From the IMG/VR virus record IMGVR_UViG_3300030616_000016, positions 70,561-134,560 of that record: a DNA stretch of 64,000 bases. The stretch is one strand, 5' to 3'. The position numbers were made by a program, and so were the translations under genes. The stretch is from a virus. Shown here one piece after another: positions 19,251 through 28,239 of the stretch. The notes below the pieces were generated by a model, which did not search any database, was not told the DNA's origin, and saw only the letters and a program-made list of their open reading frames with translations. Every line of letters starts with the position of its first letter. The first letter of the stretch is position 1.

Positions 19251-19568
19251 TTATCCTCCTATGGTATAAAGTATAGCTGTGTCCCAGTTTGCTCCGCATA
19301 CTTTACATTTGTATCCGGATGTATATAAAGGTTTTAATATAGTTGTAGAACATGTTGCACATTTATATATTCTATTGTGACTCATATTGCCAACAGCATC
19401 TTCTTTATTTCTTCTATCCAGCTCTTCCATTACATAATTATCAAGAGGAGCACGAAGGGGAGTATTATCTAGCCATACTAAATATGCTGTTGGTATTTGA
19501 GCTAAAAACGTGCCTTTATGCTTTCCAAAGGGTATTCTAAAGTTCTGAGCAGACATATTTGTCACCAT
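19251..19568 (-). CDS. DUF3820-like protein (ExoX C-terminal-like motif) with zinc ribbon
   Basis: IPFGKHKGTFLAQIPTAYLVWL resembles the PFGKYKG...YL-x-WL motif. CATCS...CKVCG. Confidence 0.45.
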   Translation of the reverse strand: MVTNMSAQNFRIPFGKHKGTFLAQIPTAYLVWLDNTPLRAPLDNYVMEELDRRNKEDAVGNMSHNRIYKCATCSTTILKPLYTSGYKCKVCGANWDTAILYTIGG

Positions 19569-20196
19569 TCAAGTAATCGTCTATTTTGTTTGCTTCTAGC
19601 TCAATGCCTGGTAGAAATGATGCTTGTTTTCTACTGGCAATAAAGTCCGCTAGCTGCACAATTTTTACTTCAATATCATCACATTTTACTGCGAGATCGG
19701 CTTCAATTTTTGGTTTAGAAAATCTATACATATGGAATCTGACACACCGTGCTAGCATCATTTCAGTTACTTGAAATGAATACGTGTCTCTAAAGCTCAT
19801 AATATATTCAAAACCTAGGATGCCATGCCGATAATCTGTTTTATCTTTCCACCTATGTCCATTCTTTCTTATGTCATGTACAATAGCTGCACCGACTACT
19901 GCATCTTTCATATCTCCTGGTATGTCAAAGTATGTGGCGAGCTGTCCTGCTATATACATAACTTTGATAGTATGTCTAAGCAAGCCATGCTCTCCATTAT
20001 CTTCTGGTGGATGATATTTACCACTAGATGATGCAGCGGCATAGAAGAATTGTTCATCTGCTTCTTTCAGTGCACTTGATACTAGATTTCTTATATTTTT
20101 GTCTTTTATATTGAGTACAATACGGTTAATGAAATTGTCAATGTTCATATATTCTTCTTTCTTATTTTGATGCCCACCTATCTCTATATTTAGCAA
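19537..20196 (-). CDS. HD-domain phosphohydrolase
   Basis: H...HD signature (LLRHTIKV...AIVHDIRK). Confidence 0.7.
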   Translation of the reverse strand: MLNIEIGGHQNKKEEYMNIDNFINRIVLNIKDKNIRNLVSSALKEADEQFFYAAASSSGKYHPPEDNGEHGLLRHTIKVMYIAGQLATYFDIPGDMKDAVVGAAIVHDIRKNGHRWKDKTDYRHGILGFEYIMSFRDTYSFQVTEMMLARCVRFHMYRFSKPKIEADLAVKCDDIEVKIVQLADFIASRKQASFLPGIELEANKIDDYLNGDKYVCSEL

Positions 20197-20386
20197 AAGT
20201 GTTGTGCATTGCTTTATTCATTTCCTCTATTTTATGAGGCATGTCACACAATTCATGAACAATCTTATTGTTAAAAGATTTGCCACGGAATAGCTGTAGA
20301 GTTGCTCTGATAAATATGGTTATTATTACCCATATAATATATAGGTATAAGAACAATTTGTCAAGCAATAATAATTTATTTGTCAT
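20162..20386 (-). CDS. Small membrane protein
   Basis: Hydrophobic stretch LYLYIIWVIITIFI. Confidence 0.3.
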   Translation of the reverse strand: MTNKLLLLDKLFLYLYIIWVIITIFIRATLQLFRGKSFNNKIVHELCDMPHKIEEMNKAMHNTFAKYRDRWASK

Positions 20387-20536
20387 CTAGTTTATTCTCA
20401 AAAGAGAAAGAAAAGCTATTATCTTTGGCGCTTGCCATATAGAGTTCCCACTAAATATGAGACAAGCTGTAAATGATATACTCCTTAGTAGGTGTAGTTA
20501 TTTACTTAGATAATAGCTTTTCATAGTAATGACAGA

Positions 20537-20851
20537 CTATGTAGCACCAAGATCCCATGGTTCTTTTGGTGGTTCAGTCGCGTCTCCGTTAGTTACAGCT
20601 TGTAATGTTTGCTCCACATTGTGTTTAAATCTCATTGCAAACTGACTAGGCTTAAGGCTTGTAATACCGCAAACCTTAGTTAACGCCTCCTTATAAACAT
20701 TATAAATATTATCTCTTTCCTCAGAGCTAAGTATTTTGCCTTGTAATAGCGTCAGGCAGCTTACTATTTCAACCATACGTTTTAAATCTTCTTTGTCTAC
20801 ATAGTAATTACCTTCTAAGCTCTGCTTGTTCATAATACAGTTCCATAGCAA
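20537..20851 (-). CDS. Hypothetical protein
   Basis: ORF of 104 aa. Confidence 0.45.
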   Translation of the reverse strand: MLWNCIMNKQSLEGNYYVDKEDLKRMVEIVSCLTLLQGKILSSEERDNIYNVYKEALTKVCGITSLKPSQFAMRFKHNVEQTLQAVTNGDATEPPKEPWDLGAT

Positions 20852-21036
20852 CTGGTTTTGATTTATATCCCATACTCCTTTAAAGAGTGTAAGATAAAAC
20901 TTTTATTATATCATAAATGTGTGTAATATCAACCTTTATGTTTCAAAAAACGGGTACTTACTCTACTTCGATTAAAAAAAGAAACGGGTACTTACTCTAC
21001 TGATAAAAAAGAACTTATGCACACAAAAAACAAGAT

Positions 21037-21195
21037 TCACTTCTTTTCGTCACCACAAATAGTACATCTGTGACCTGAGGATGTTTTGTTGTGGACGCGC
21101 TGAAACTTTCCGTATCTCTTGTCCTGAAAGATAGCGCCGGCTTTATTCATCTTGCCGTTTGCAATATGACCTTCACAAGTACAAGTTTTTATCAT
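21037..21195 (-). CDS. Small zinc-ribbon protein (52 aa), not in supplied ORF track
   Basis: Hand translation MIKTCTCEGHIANGKMNKAGAIFQDKRYGKFQRVHNKTSSGHRCTICGDEKK. CxC...CxxC. Isolated in a 600-bp otherwise non-coding region. Confidence 0.4.
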   Translation of the reverse strand: MIKTCTCEGHIANGKMNKAGAIFQDKRYGKFQRVHNKTSSGHRCTICGDEKK

Positions 21196-21458
21196 GATGT
21201 GCTCCAAATTGGTAAAAGATAGAGACCATCTAAAGTAATATTCTATTCAAAGAGTATTAAAGTAGATGGTCTCATGATTTGATGCGATGGAAATTAATTC
21301 CAATCTCATCAATGAATGAAAGATAGCCCAGAGCGATTAACGCTATTTTCGTGCTATCAATTCATATATAATATTATCTGAAATTAATATTAGTGCATAG
21401 TCGCTTCTCCGTCAGAATTTAGATTTCTGGAATTGTTATTCTTGAATGTTATTTGAAA

Positions 21459-21872
21459 TTATCTGGTGTCAATTTTGCTACTCTCTCCTGTTTCTATGCA
21501 ATAATGGACTGTTGTTTCATGACCTGTCATTACTATCATATGATTTCCGCACATATTTATTACATTAGTACTTTCTAAATCATATACATTAAATACCTTT
21601 TGCAGTTCTTTGTCTTTGAATATGAAGACAAGATCCATATCGAACGCACTAAACTGTGTGTTAGTATCTGATACATTTATTATGTAGTCGAAATCTATCT
21701 TTTTATTGATGGATTCTTCAAGATATTCTTGATAATTTTCATCAATATCCTGAGGGTCTTCTACTCCATATACTTCTGATATTTCTTCTTCTGTCAAGAC
21801 TTCCTTGATTGTTTTGCCTTCGATTTCATCAATGTTTCTATACATTGAATTTCCTTTCTGAGAGAGTGACAT
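21459..21872 (-). CDS. Hypothetical acidic protein; its ATG lies inside the IS right end
   Basis: The start codon is the ATG within the IS terminal sequence GGGGTAATGTCAC. Confidence 0.5.
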   Translation of the reverse strand: MSLSQKGNSMYRNIDEIEGKTIKEVLTEEEISEVYGVEDPQDIDENYQEYLEESINKKIDFDYIINVSDTNTQFSAFDMDLVFIFKDKELQKVFNVYDLESTNVINMCGNHMIVMTGHETTVHYCIETGESSKIDTR

Positions 21873-23167
21873 TACCCCACGCCTAAAGGCGGGGGCTTCC
21901 TAATTCATCGAAAATTGCGTTCCATACTGGCTACGTCTTACATCTTCTCCAAAGGCTTTAGGTTCCCCTTGCCCAGGGGTACAAAATGCAAAATTCAAAA
22001 TATTACTAGATGCAAGGGCATCTCTATCGTGTTTGGCACCACAAGTGCAAGTCCAATATCTGTCACTTAGCTTAAGATTATTATTTATAGCGCCGCACTG
22101 GTTACACATCTTGCTGGATGGTTCAAATCTTCCTATAGTCAAAACATGCTTTCCATACCAACCTGCCTTATACTCAAGAAAGGTACGAAAAGTATACCAT
22201 CCAACATCAGAGATAGCCTTGGCCAAACAATGATTCTTCACCATTCCAGAAACGTTTAAATCCTCAAGACACACTGCTTGGTTCTCGTCAATGAGCCTTT
22301 TGGACAATTTATGCAAAAAATCTTTACGTTGATTAGAAATCTTCTCATGTATCAACGCTACCTTCCTACGAGCCTTGTTTCTATTTGAAGAACCTTTCTT
22401 CTTCTTTGATAATTGTTTTTGCTTTCTTGCCAATCTTCTTTCAAGTTTCTTTAGGTATCTTGGATTATCTATTTTCTCGCCTGTTGATAGTGTTGCAAAA
22501 TGTTTTAATCCAACGTCAACACCTACACTATTATCTCGTTCAGGATTACATTTGATAGGTAATTCTTCTCCATTGTCAACCAAAATAGAAGCAAAGTATT
22601 TCCCAGAAGGAGCCATGAATATAGTTACAGTTTTAATATTGCCTTCAAATTGTCTATGGAATTTGCATTTGATGCCATCACGGAATTTCATTACATATAG
22701 CCTATTATTATCAAAATCCACATTACTTCCTTGTGGAAATTGACAAGATTGCTTTTTGAATTTCTTCTTAAATTGAGGATATCTTGCCTGTTTCTTAAAA
22801 AACCGCCGGAAAGCATTGTCAAGGTTTCTAAAGGCCATTTGCAAAGATTGACTATTAACTTCCTTCAGCCAACCATGCTCAGATTTCATATGTTTCAATT
22901 GCTTTATCAAATCAAAACAGGAAGGAGATTTCCCCGTTTTTTGATAAGACTCTGTTTTCTTTTGGAGTCCCAAATTGTATATGAACCGTACACAACCAAA
23001 ATGCTTCACAAGAAGCTCCTGTTGTTTTTTGTTGGGGTATATTTTGTATTTATATGCTCGTATCATTATATTTATAGTATAGCACAGGTTTCTGTAAATG
23101 TCAAGAGAAAAACGCATTCTTATATCCCCATGGCTAAAGCCAGGGGTCTTACGAATGCACCTTGATA
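21866..23167 (-). mobile_element. IS200/IS605-family insertion sequence, TnpB-only (IS1341-like), with subterminal hairpin ends
   Basis: Left end (near 23167) TATCAAGGTGCATTCGTAAGACCCCTGGCTTTAGCCATGGGG and right end (near 21866) GCCCCCGCCTTTAGGCGTGGGGTAATGTCAC. Both carry GC-rich hairpins with TTTA loops. The same ends recur at 33634-33883 and 62731-62781. Confidence 0.8.
21900..23117 (-). CDS. tnpB: TnpB (OrfB) RNA-guided nuclease of IS200/IS605 family
   Basis: 405 aa. RuvC-like NQAVCLEDLNVSGMVKN (RuvC-II E), zinc finger CNQCG...CTCG, RuvC-III DRDALASSNILNFA. Confidence 0.85.
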   Translation of the reverse strand: MRFSLDIYRNLCYTINIMIRAYKYKIYPNKKQQELLVKHFGCVRFIYNLGLQKKTESYQKTGKSPSCFDLIKQLKHMKSEHGWLKEVNSQSLQMAFRNLDNAFRRFFKKQARYPQFKKKFKKQSCQFPQGSNVDFDNNRLYVMKFRDGIKCKFHRQFEGNIKTVTIFMAPSGKYFASILVDNGEELPIKCNPERDNSVGVDVGLKHFATLSTGEKIDNPRYLKKLERRLARKQKQLSKKKKGSSNRNKARRKVALIHEKISNQRKDFLHKLSKRLIDENQAVCLEDLNVSGMVKNHCLAKAISDVGWYTFRTFLEYKAGWYGKHVLTIGRFEPSSKMCNQCGAINNNLKLSDRYWTCTCGAKHDRDALASSNILNFAFCTPGQGEPKAFGEDVRRSQYGTQFSMN

Positions 23168-23335
23168 AAAGAGCAGGAGGAAGGTATCCTCTTCCCCCTG
23201 CCAGGTTTCATTATCAAAAGCTCCAGCTGCTTTCAATTATCAGTTGAACGCTGGAATTCAATGAAATGTTGCATTTATGTTGTCTACGGCGCTATAGCCA
23301 ATTTTTAGATCTAAGTACCTGCGACCTGCCATTAG

Positions 23336-23398
23336 TCCAAGGACACATAAGGAATAAAATGGAGTGTCCTGAGGGACTTGAACCCTCAACTCAGGCAT
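23336..23398 (-). other. tRNA-like 3' fragment (T-arm + 7-nt acceptor + discriminator + CCA) embedded in a hairpin
   Basis: - strand reads GAGGG-TTCAAGT-CCCTC AGGACAC T CCA. The complementary GTGTCCT lies 17 nt further on. No 5' half could be found by eye. Confidence 0.25.
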
Positions 23399-23520
23399 AG
23401 TTAATATTGGCGTTCGAGAAGACAACGCAACAAATGCTGAGCTTTCAGGGAATAGTCTGAATTTAGCGTGCTTTCATATTATCACCAGCTTTCGCCGCGT
23501 ATGCCAGTTCCGCCATCTTC

Positions 23521-23565
23521 CCATATAGTGGGAAGAGCAGGGTTCGAACCTGCACGGTGAAGGAA
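23521..23565 (-). other. Second tRNA-like T-arm motif next to an 8-bp hairpin
   Basis: GCAGG-TTCGAAC-CCTGC on the - strand. Neighbouring hairpin TCTTCCCA-tatag-TGGGAAGA. No full cloverleaf could be built by eye. Confidence 0.2.
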
Positions 23566-23608
23566 AGTACTTATTTCAGCTTAACCTTAAGCTTCAGCTT
23601 GCCCTGTA

Positions 23609-24346
23609 TTATCCGAAAATGAAGTTACAGATGTCCTTGCCGATTTCTTTGCGTTCAACAGACGTGTTGTTTGCTTCTTCTCGTGCAAACTTGACTGCTC
23701 TCATAAGAACAGCAATTTTGTCAAGCATTTCTTTCTTACGAGTTGCAGAAATACATGTACTGAGCTTTGTAGTAGTCCAGTAACCGATAATCTCATCGCT
23801 GACTACAAGCTGAGTCTGTGCAGGATGCTTTTCAGTAGCAGCATAAAGAACGATAGGTTTCTCAACCTTACGTGTTTTATGTGTCTGACGCGCGCCTGAT
23901 TTGAACATTCCGGAATCTTCATCACGAGCCCATGTTTCTGCTGGATCCAGTTCAGGAAGTTTCTCGACATATGTTTTAATATCGTTCAGCTGTTTTTCGA
24001 GGTACAGCAAGAATGTGGGAGGGGCGTCTTTTACAATTACTGTGTCGCCAACCTTAATATCTGCTTTTGCAATGGTATTGCCAAAGTCTTTAGTTGCAGT
24101 AACATCAAACAGATCTGCGAGAGATTCCGCTACTTCGTTAATTACATTGTTCAGATTTTCTTGTACCTTTACTGATTCTTCTGGAAAGTTCTCACCTTCT
24201 TCGTCTTTAGGCTCATATACTTTATGAAGGCCATTGAATATTTGTGGTGCATCTGACAAACGATGAGCCTGAGTAATGATAGAATTATGGCGGGATTTTT
24301 CGCCCTTCTCAACTGCAATAATCTGATTAAGTTTAACTTCAGACAT
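23609..24346 (-). CDS. Hypothetical protein, probably highly expressed (strong SD, elevated GC)
   Basis: Preceded by AAGGAGGTAACAA-ATG. Composition is richer in G+C than its neighbours. Confidence 0.55.
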   Translation of the reverse strand: MSEVKLNQIIAVEKGEKSRHNSIITQAHRLSDAPQIFNGLHKVYEPKDEEGENFPEESVKVQENLNNVINEVAESLADLFDVTATKDFGNTIAKADIKVGDTVIVKDAPPTFLLYLEKQLNDIKTYVEKLPELDPAETWARDEDSGMFKSGARQTHKTRKVEKPIVLYAATEKHPAQTQLVVSDEIIGYWTTTKLSTCISATRKKEMLDKIAVLMRAVKFAREEANNTSVERKEIGKDICNFIFG

Positions 24347-24371
24347 TTGTTACCTCCTTCTGTAAGATTTA

Positions 24372-25121
24372 TTATTCAATTATTTCTTTTATTTCTTTTA
24401 TGATACTTTCTTTTGATTTAATTTTTGGTTTTGACTCATGCAATATATTATTAGTACTTTCTTGTATCATATAATCTTCAACTTGGATAGATTTTAATGT
24501 GTCTTTATACAAGTCATCGATTGTTATATCTGAAATATCATTTACACTATCAGAATATGTTGATATCATGTTATTAAATTTTGATTTAAGCTCTACTTGT
24601 TTAGACTTTGCCCTCAGAGAAATGAGCTTAGAATCATATTCATTACATTTCTTTTCATATTCTTTTATCTTATTTTCCCAGCTAATCAGAATTTTTCTTA
24701 AAGAGCTTAGTGTTTCTTTTTTAAGCTTAACTTCTTCTTTCATTTTCTTTAGAACAAGTGACCTAGAATGAATCGTTTCTAGTTCTTTTAGGTTTCGCTC
24801 TACATTTGATTCTTTTAGATTTTTCTTTATGTTACTTGTAACTTCTTGTATATTTTGTTCAAGTCCATAAACTTCTTCTTCCAGAAACTTTATATCTATT
24901 TTTAACTCTATTGCCTGTGATTTACTTACTTTCAAATTACTTTTCAGGTCATCTATAACGACCTCGATTCTATCAATTTTTACATCTGTAGGAATTGATT
25001 TTTCTATCTTCTTAACAGTAGTTTTCTGTGCTGTTTTGACATAGCTTTTAACTCTGCTGTATCCAATAAATACGATTGCTAATATTGTTATTATGGCTAC
25101 GACAACAAGTTTTTTAATCAT
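24372..25121 (-). CDS. Membrane-anchored coiled-coil protein
   Basis: N-terminal TM MIKKLVVVAIITILAIVFIGY followed by a K/E-rich heptad-like sequence. Confidence 0.55.
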   Translation of the reverse strand: MIKKLVVVAIITILAIVFIGYSRVKSYVKTAQKTTVKKIEKSIPTDVKIDRIEVVIDDLKSNLKVSKSQAIELKIDIKFLEEEVYGLEQNIQEVTSNIKKNLKESNVERNLKELETIHSRSLVLKKMKEEVKLKKETLSSLRKILISWENKIKEYEKKCNEYDSKLISLRAKSKQVELKSKFNNMISTYSDSVNDISDITIDDLYKDTLKSIQVEDYMIQESTNNILHESKPKIKSKESIIKEIKEIIE

Positions 25122-26298
25122 TCAATTTCTCCTCTGATTTTGTTGATTTTTGTAGATTATATTGCATTATGTTTTTATCAAATTCTCTAATCTGTGTCTT
25201 CATTTCTTCTGATTCTTTTATAAGTTTGCTATATTTATGTTTGATAATAGCTTTAGAATGTAATAAGCCAATATGTTCAATAAGTTTATTAAATTTGTAA
25301 GCGAATCTAGTAGCTTTTGCTGGAATTTCTGTCAATGCTTCTACTTCTTGATCAGTTAGAGTTGAAGTTTTTAATTTATCAACTCTTGATTTTAATTCAT
25401 TAAGTTTACTTTGTGGTAATTTCAACTTATTTAATTGGTATTTGAAATCATCTTTGAGGAGATCTGCGAACTTTCCTTCTTTTGCTTCAAGTATATTATC
25501 AAAGAATCCTGTACCTTTCTTAGGTTCTTCTTCTATATATTTATCAAATCTAGTTACGGGTTCTTCCGGAGCACTCGCAAGTTCTTTCAGATACTCTGAA
25601 GGCTTAGGTAATGTTTTAGGTTCTTCTGTTGTTATTTTCTGTTGTAATGATCTTATCCACTCAGCACGTCCATCAAACTTGATGCTGTTTAAAGAAATAT
25701 GGTTATAATAATATTCAATAAGACAATCTGTTACATTTTTTAATATTTGTTCTTTTGGCATTTGATATATACAAGTCTTAAGACATTTTTTACTAATACT
25801 TTCCAAAACATTTTCTTTAATGTTTGGATATTCTGCTTTAATGTATTCTTTTATTAATGGAAGTCTTCTTTCAATAAGTTCATTATTTCTAAGATTATTC
25901 ATCATTAATAATATTACGATTGTTAAGCAAGTTCCAAAAATATATGGATTTATTTTGGTCTCAACTTTTGCAGCATCTCCATATAAGCTATGCCATATTA
26001 CAATAAGTTTTCCTGCTTGGATTATTGAATATACAATTAATGGGATAAATAATATGTATCCTAATGCCTCATATGCACTCATATATGGAAGTGTATTTAT
26101 ATTCATTATTGGCATTGGCTCCTTGGTTTGTGGAACATGGACATTGCTAAGTATTGATATAAGAATAAGTACAAACGAGATTATTAGTGCACAAAATAAT
26201 GACTTACTGGTTTGTATGATTTCAGATAAAAGTATTATCAATGCAAGTAATGGTAATCCAATACAAATGATTATTATAATGTATATAAGCACTACCAT
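25114..26298 (-). CDS. Polytopic membrane protein with C-terminal coiled-coil region
   Basis: Several hydrophobic segments in the N-terminal 130 aa, then a K/E-rich region. Confidence 0.55.
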   Translation of the reverse strand: MVVLIYIIIIICIGLPLLALIILLSEIIQTSKSLFCALIISFVLILISILSNVHVPQTKEPMPIMNINTLPYMSAYEALGYILFIPLIVYSIIQAGKLIVIWHSLYGDAAKVETKINPYIFGTCLTIVILLMMNNLRNNELIERRLPLIKEYIKAEYPNIKENVLESISKKCLKTCIYQMPKEQILKNVTDCLIEYYYNHISLNSIKFDGRAEWIRSLQQKITTEEPKTLPKPSEYLKELASAPEEPVTRFDKYIEEEPKKGTGFFDNILEAKEGKFADLLKDDFKYQLNKLKLPQSKLNELKSRVDKLKTSTLTDQEVEALTEIPAKATRFAYKFNKLIEHIGLLHSKAIIKHKYSKLIKESEEMKTQIREFDKNIMQYNLQKSTKSEEKLND

Positions 26299-26300
26299 AA

Positions 26301-27305
26301 TTATCTCATTAAATATAGATTGCGTAGTTCATCTCTATCATAAAACACATTACGGATTTCTTGTCTAATATTATAGTCTTGAAATATTCTATCATAAAAA
26401 CTAGTAGTATCTCCACCAAGAAATTCTATTGCATCATTTATTGGTTGAGTTGTATTATGGTCTGGAGTAATTCCAATTCCTTCTTTCTCGACTCCATATA
26501 TATCATATATAATTCCTGCTGTGTAATTGAATCCATCGCCTCTATAAAACTTATATGCTTGTACGGCTCTAAAAGCACCAAATGTTTTAGAGCCAAATAT
26601 TGTAGCTTCTGAATAGTATTTCATTGCTGAAACAAATATTTCTGCGAATTGAAATGTACAAGCACTCGTAAGTATACACATATTATTTTTATGAAGCCAT
26701 GTATTTTCTGTTTGCACAGACATATCTGCAAAATCACTAAACGCAAATGCTGTATTATTAATTGCTGCAACTAATTCATTAGAATAAGTTTTGTGAGTAA
26801 ATCCAGCAAGCAGTTTTATGTATTCGCCTAATCCGCCATTATTACAATATCTAAGATCGAGAATTAAAGAATTGCATTCGAATTCATACATGTAATGGTT
26901 GACATTAAGCATAACAGTTTCTGCCATTCCAGCAGACATTTTATCTACAGATATATATAATATATCTGGTTCAATTTTATATATTTTTAATGTTCCTGAT
27001 GCTTCATTATCTGATATGGCTGCTTCCATTTCTTCGCTGTTTATATACCTTGTATATAAATCTGTTTCAGAACGGAGTCTATTTATATATGATTCTAAAG
27101 TATCTGAAGTTAAAGGTGGTTGAACGTTTCCATAAATATAGCCTTGTGATAATACCGAATATGCTTCTTGTAGATATTCTTCATCTACGTTTGTAATTTG
27201 ATTTTCTGTATTTGGATTGCTACTATTTCCTCCTCCTCCACAGCCATTACAAAATATAATTATGATACATAATATGAACAAATTAATTTTGATATTTTTT
27301 ATCAA
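26301..27305 (-). CDS. Lipoprotein, S41 (C-terminal processing peptidase)-like domain
   Basis: Signal and lipobox LFILCIIIIFCNGCGGGG. CILTSACTFQFAEIFVSAMKYYSEATIFGSKTFGAFRAVQ aligns with the S41 LVNxxSASASEIFAGALQD...GxxTFGKG region but with a non-canonical Ser motif. Confidence 0.45.
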   Translation of the reverse strand: MIKNIKINLFILCIIIIFCNGCGGGGNSSNPNTENQITNVDEEYLQEAYSVLSQGYIYGNVQPPLTSDTLESYINRLRSETDLYTRYINSEEMEAAISDNEASGTLKIYKIEPDILYISVDKMSAGMAETVMLNVNHYMYEFECNSLILDLRYCNNGGLGEYIKLLAGFTHKTYSNELVAAINNTAFAFSDFADMSVQTENTWLHKNNMCILTSACTFQFAEIFVSAMKYYSEATIFGSKTFGAFRAVQAYKFYRGDGFNYTAGIIYDIYGVEKEGIGITPDHNTTQPINDAIEFLGGDTTSFYDRIFQDYNIRQEIRNVFYDRDELRNLYLMR

Positions 27306-27428
27306 GACTACCTCTTTCTGTTTAATAATGGTTGTAATGAATAGGAAAGTCTCTGGTAAGGCAAAAGGATGAAGAGCACGAGGGCTCTTTGGGGGAAGTC
27401 GAAAATTCTCACCAGAGACGGGATATAT

Positions 27429-28220
27429 TTAGAAATCAGTTGATTTTGCGGTTCTCATACCGCGAGCCATCATTTCTTTCACAAAGTCTTCTCCAAGACT
27501 TTCGAAGGTCGCTACATTTGAAGTTGTATCTTCAATTAATACAAACTTCTTAATATTCTCATCGCCGAAGTTATCAGCAATGTCTCTTACTGTATTTGCA
27601 ACACAGTGTGACAGAGCTTCTCCAGTTATGAGAATATCGTCTGCTTCCAGTAGGCTATCAAGAAGATTGCCATTAAGTCTTGTAGTAGGGTCAGACGGGT
27701 CTTCTACATCGGCTTTTACTGCTGAGTAGTGTTCTGTAAAAGGATTAGACCCTTTAGTAACATAGTCAATCATAGCAAACTGATTTTCCCACTCAGTTAT
27801 TGCTTCGAACACATTAGCATCGATTGAATGTCCTTGCGAACCAATAAGACAATGTGGCCGCCAGATGCAGAGAACATATCTGCCATTGTCTTCAAGTGTT
27901 TTTGTATAATCTGAAGCTTTCTGTTGAAGAGCTGGGTTATAGGAATGCCAGACACCATTTTTTACATCATCATGGGATATTACTGTAAATGGGTTTGGAT
28001 GTTTACCATCTTTATCAACCCAGAATATAGGATGTGCAATATGAATGGTTCTGTGAGAATCCATTGTAATATGGATATCATCTAATCCGTCTTTCATTCT
28101 GTTGACCATTTCTGCAAGACGTTTCATATCCTCATCTGCTCTAGGAACAACTAGGGCTCCTTTTGGATTACAGAAGTCATATTGAGGATCAATAGCAAGA
28201 AGATGAGTTTTCTTGTTCAT
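27429..28220 (-). CDS. Isochorismatase-family hydrolase, nicotinamidase (PncA)-like
   Basis: LLAIDPQYDFCNPKGALVV (LLVIDMQNDF-type), IHITMDSH, RPHCLIGSQG (catalytic Cys region). Confidence 0.7.
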   Translation of the reverse strand: MNKKTHLLAIDPQYDFCNPKGALVVPRADEDMKRLAEMVNRMKDGLDDIHITMDSHRTIHIAHPIFWVDKDGKHPNPFTVISHDDVKNGVWHSYNPALQQKASDYTKTLEDNGRYVLCIWRPHCLIGSQGHSIDANVFEAITEWENQFAMIDYVTKGSNPFTEHYSAVKADVEDPSDPTTRLNGNLLDSLLEADDILITGEALSHCVANTVRDIADNFGDENIKKFVLIEDTTSNVATFESLGEDFVKEMMARGMRTAKSTDF

Positions 28221-28239
28221 AATTGCTGACCTTTCTTAG

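Noticed and set aside
23336-23600. Calling complete tRNA genes
   Set aside because: Canonical T-arms and one acceptor-CCA end are present, but I could not build full cloverleaves (D-arm and anticodon arm) by eye. They are reported only as tRNA-like fragments.
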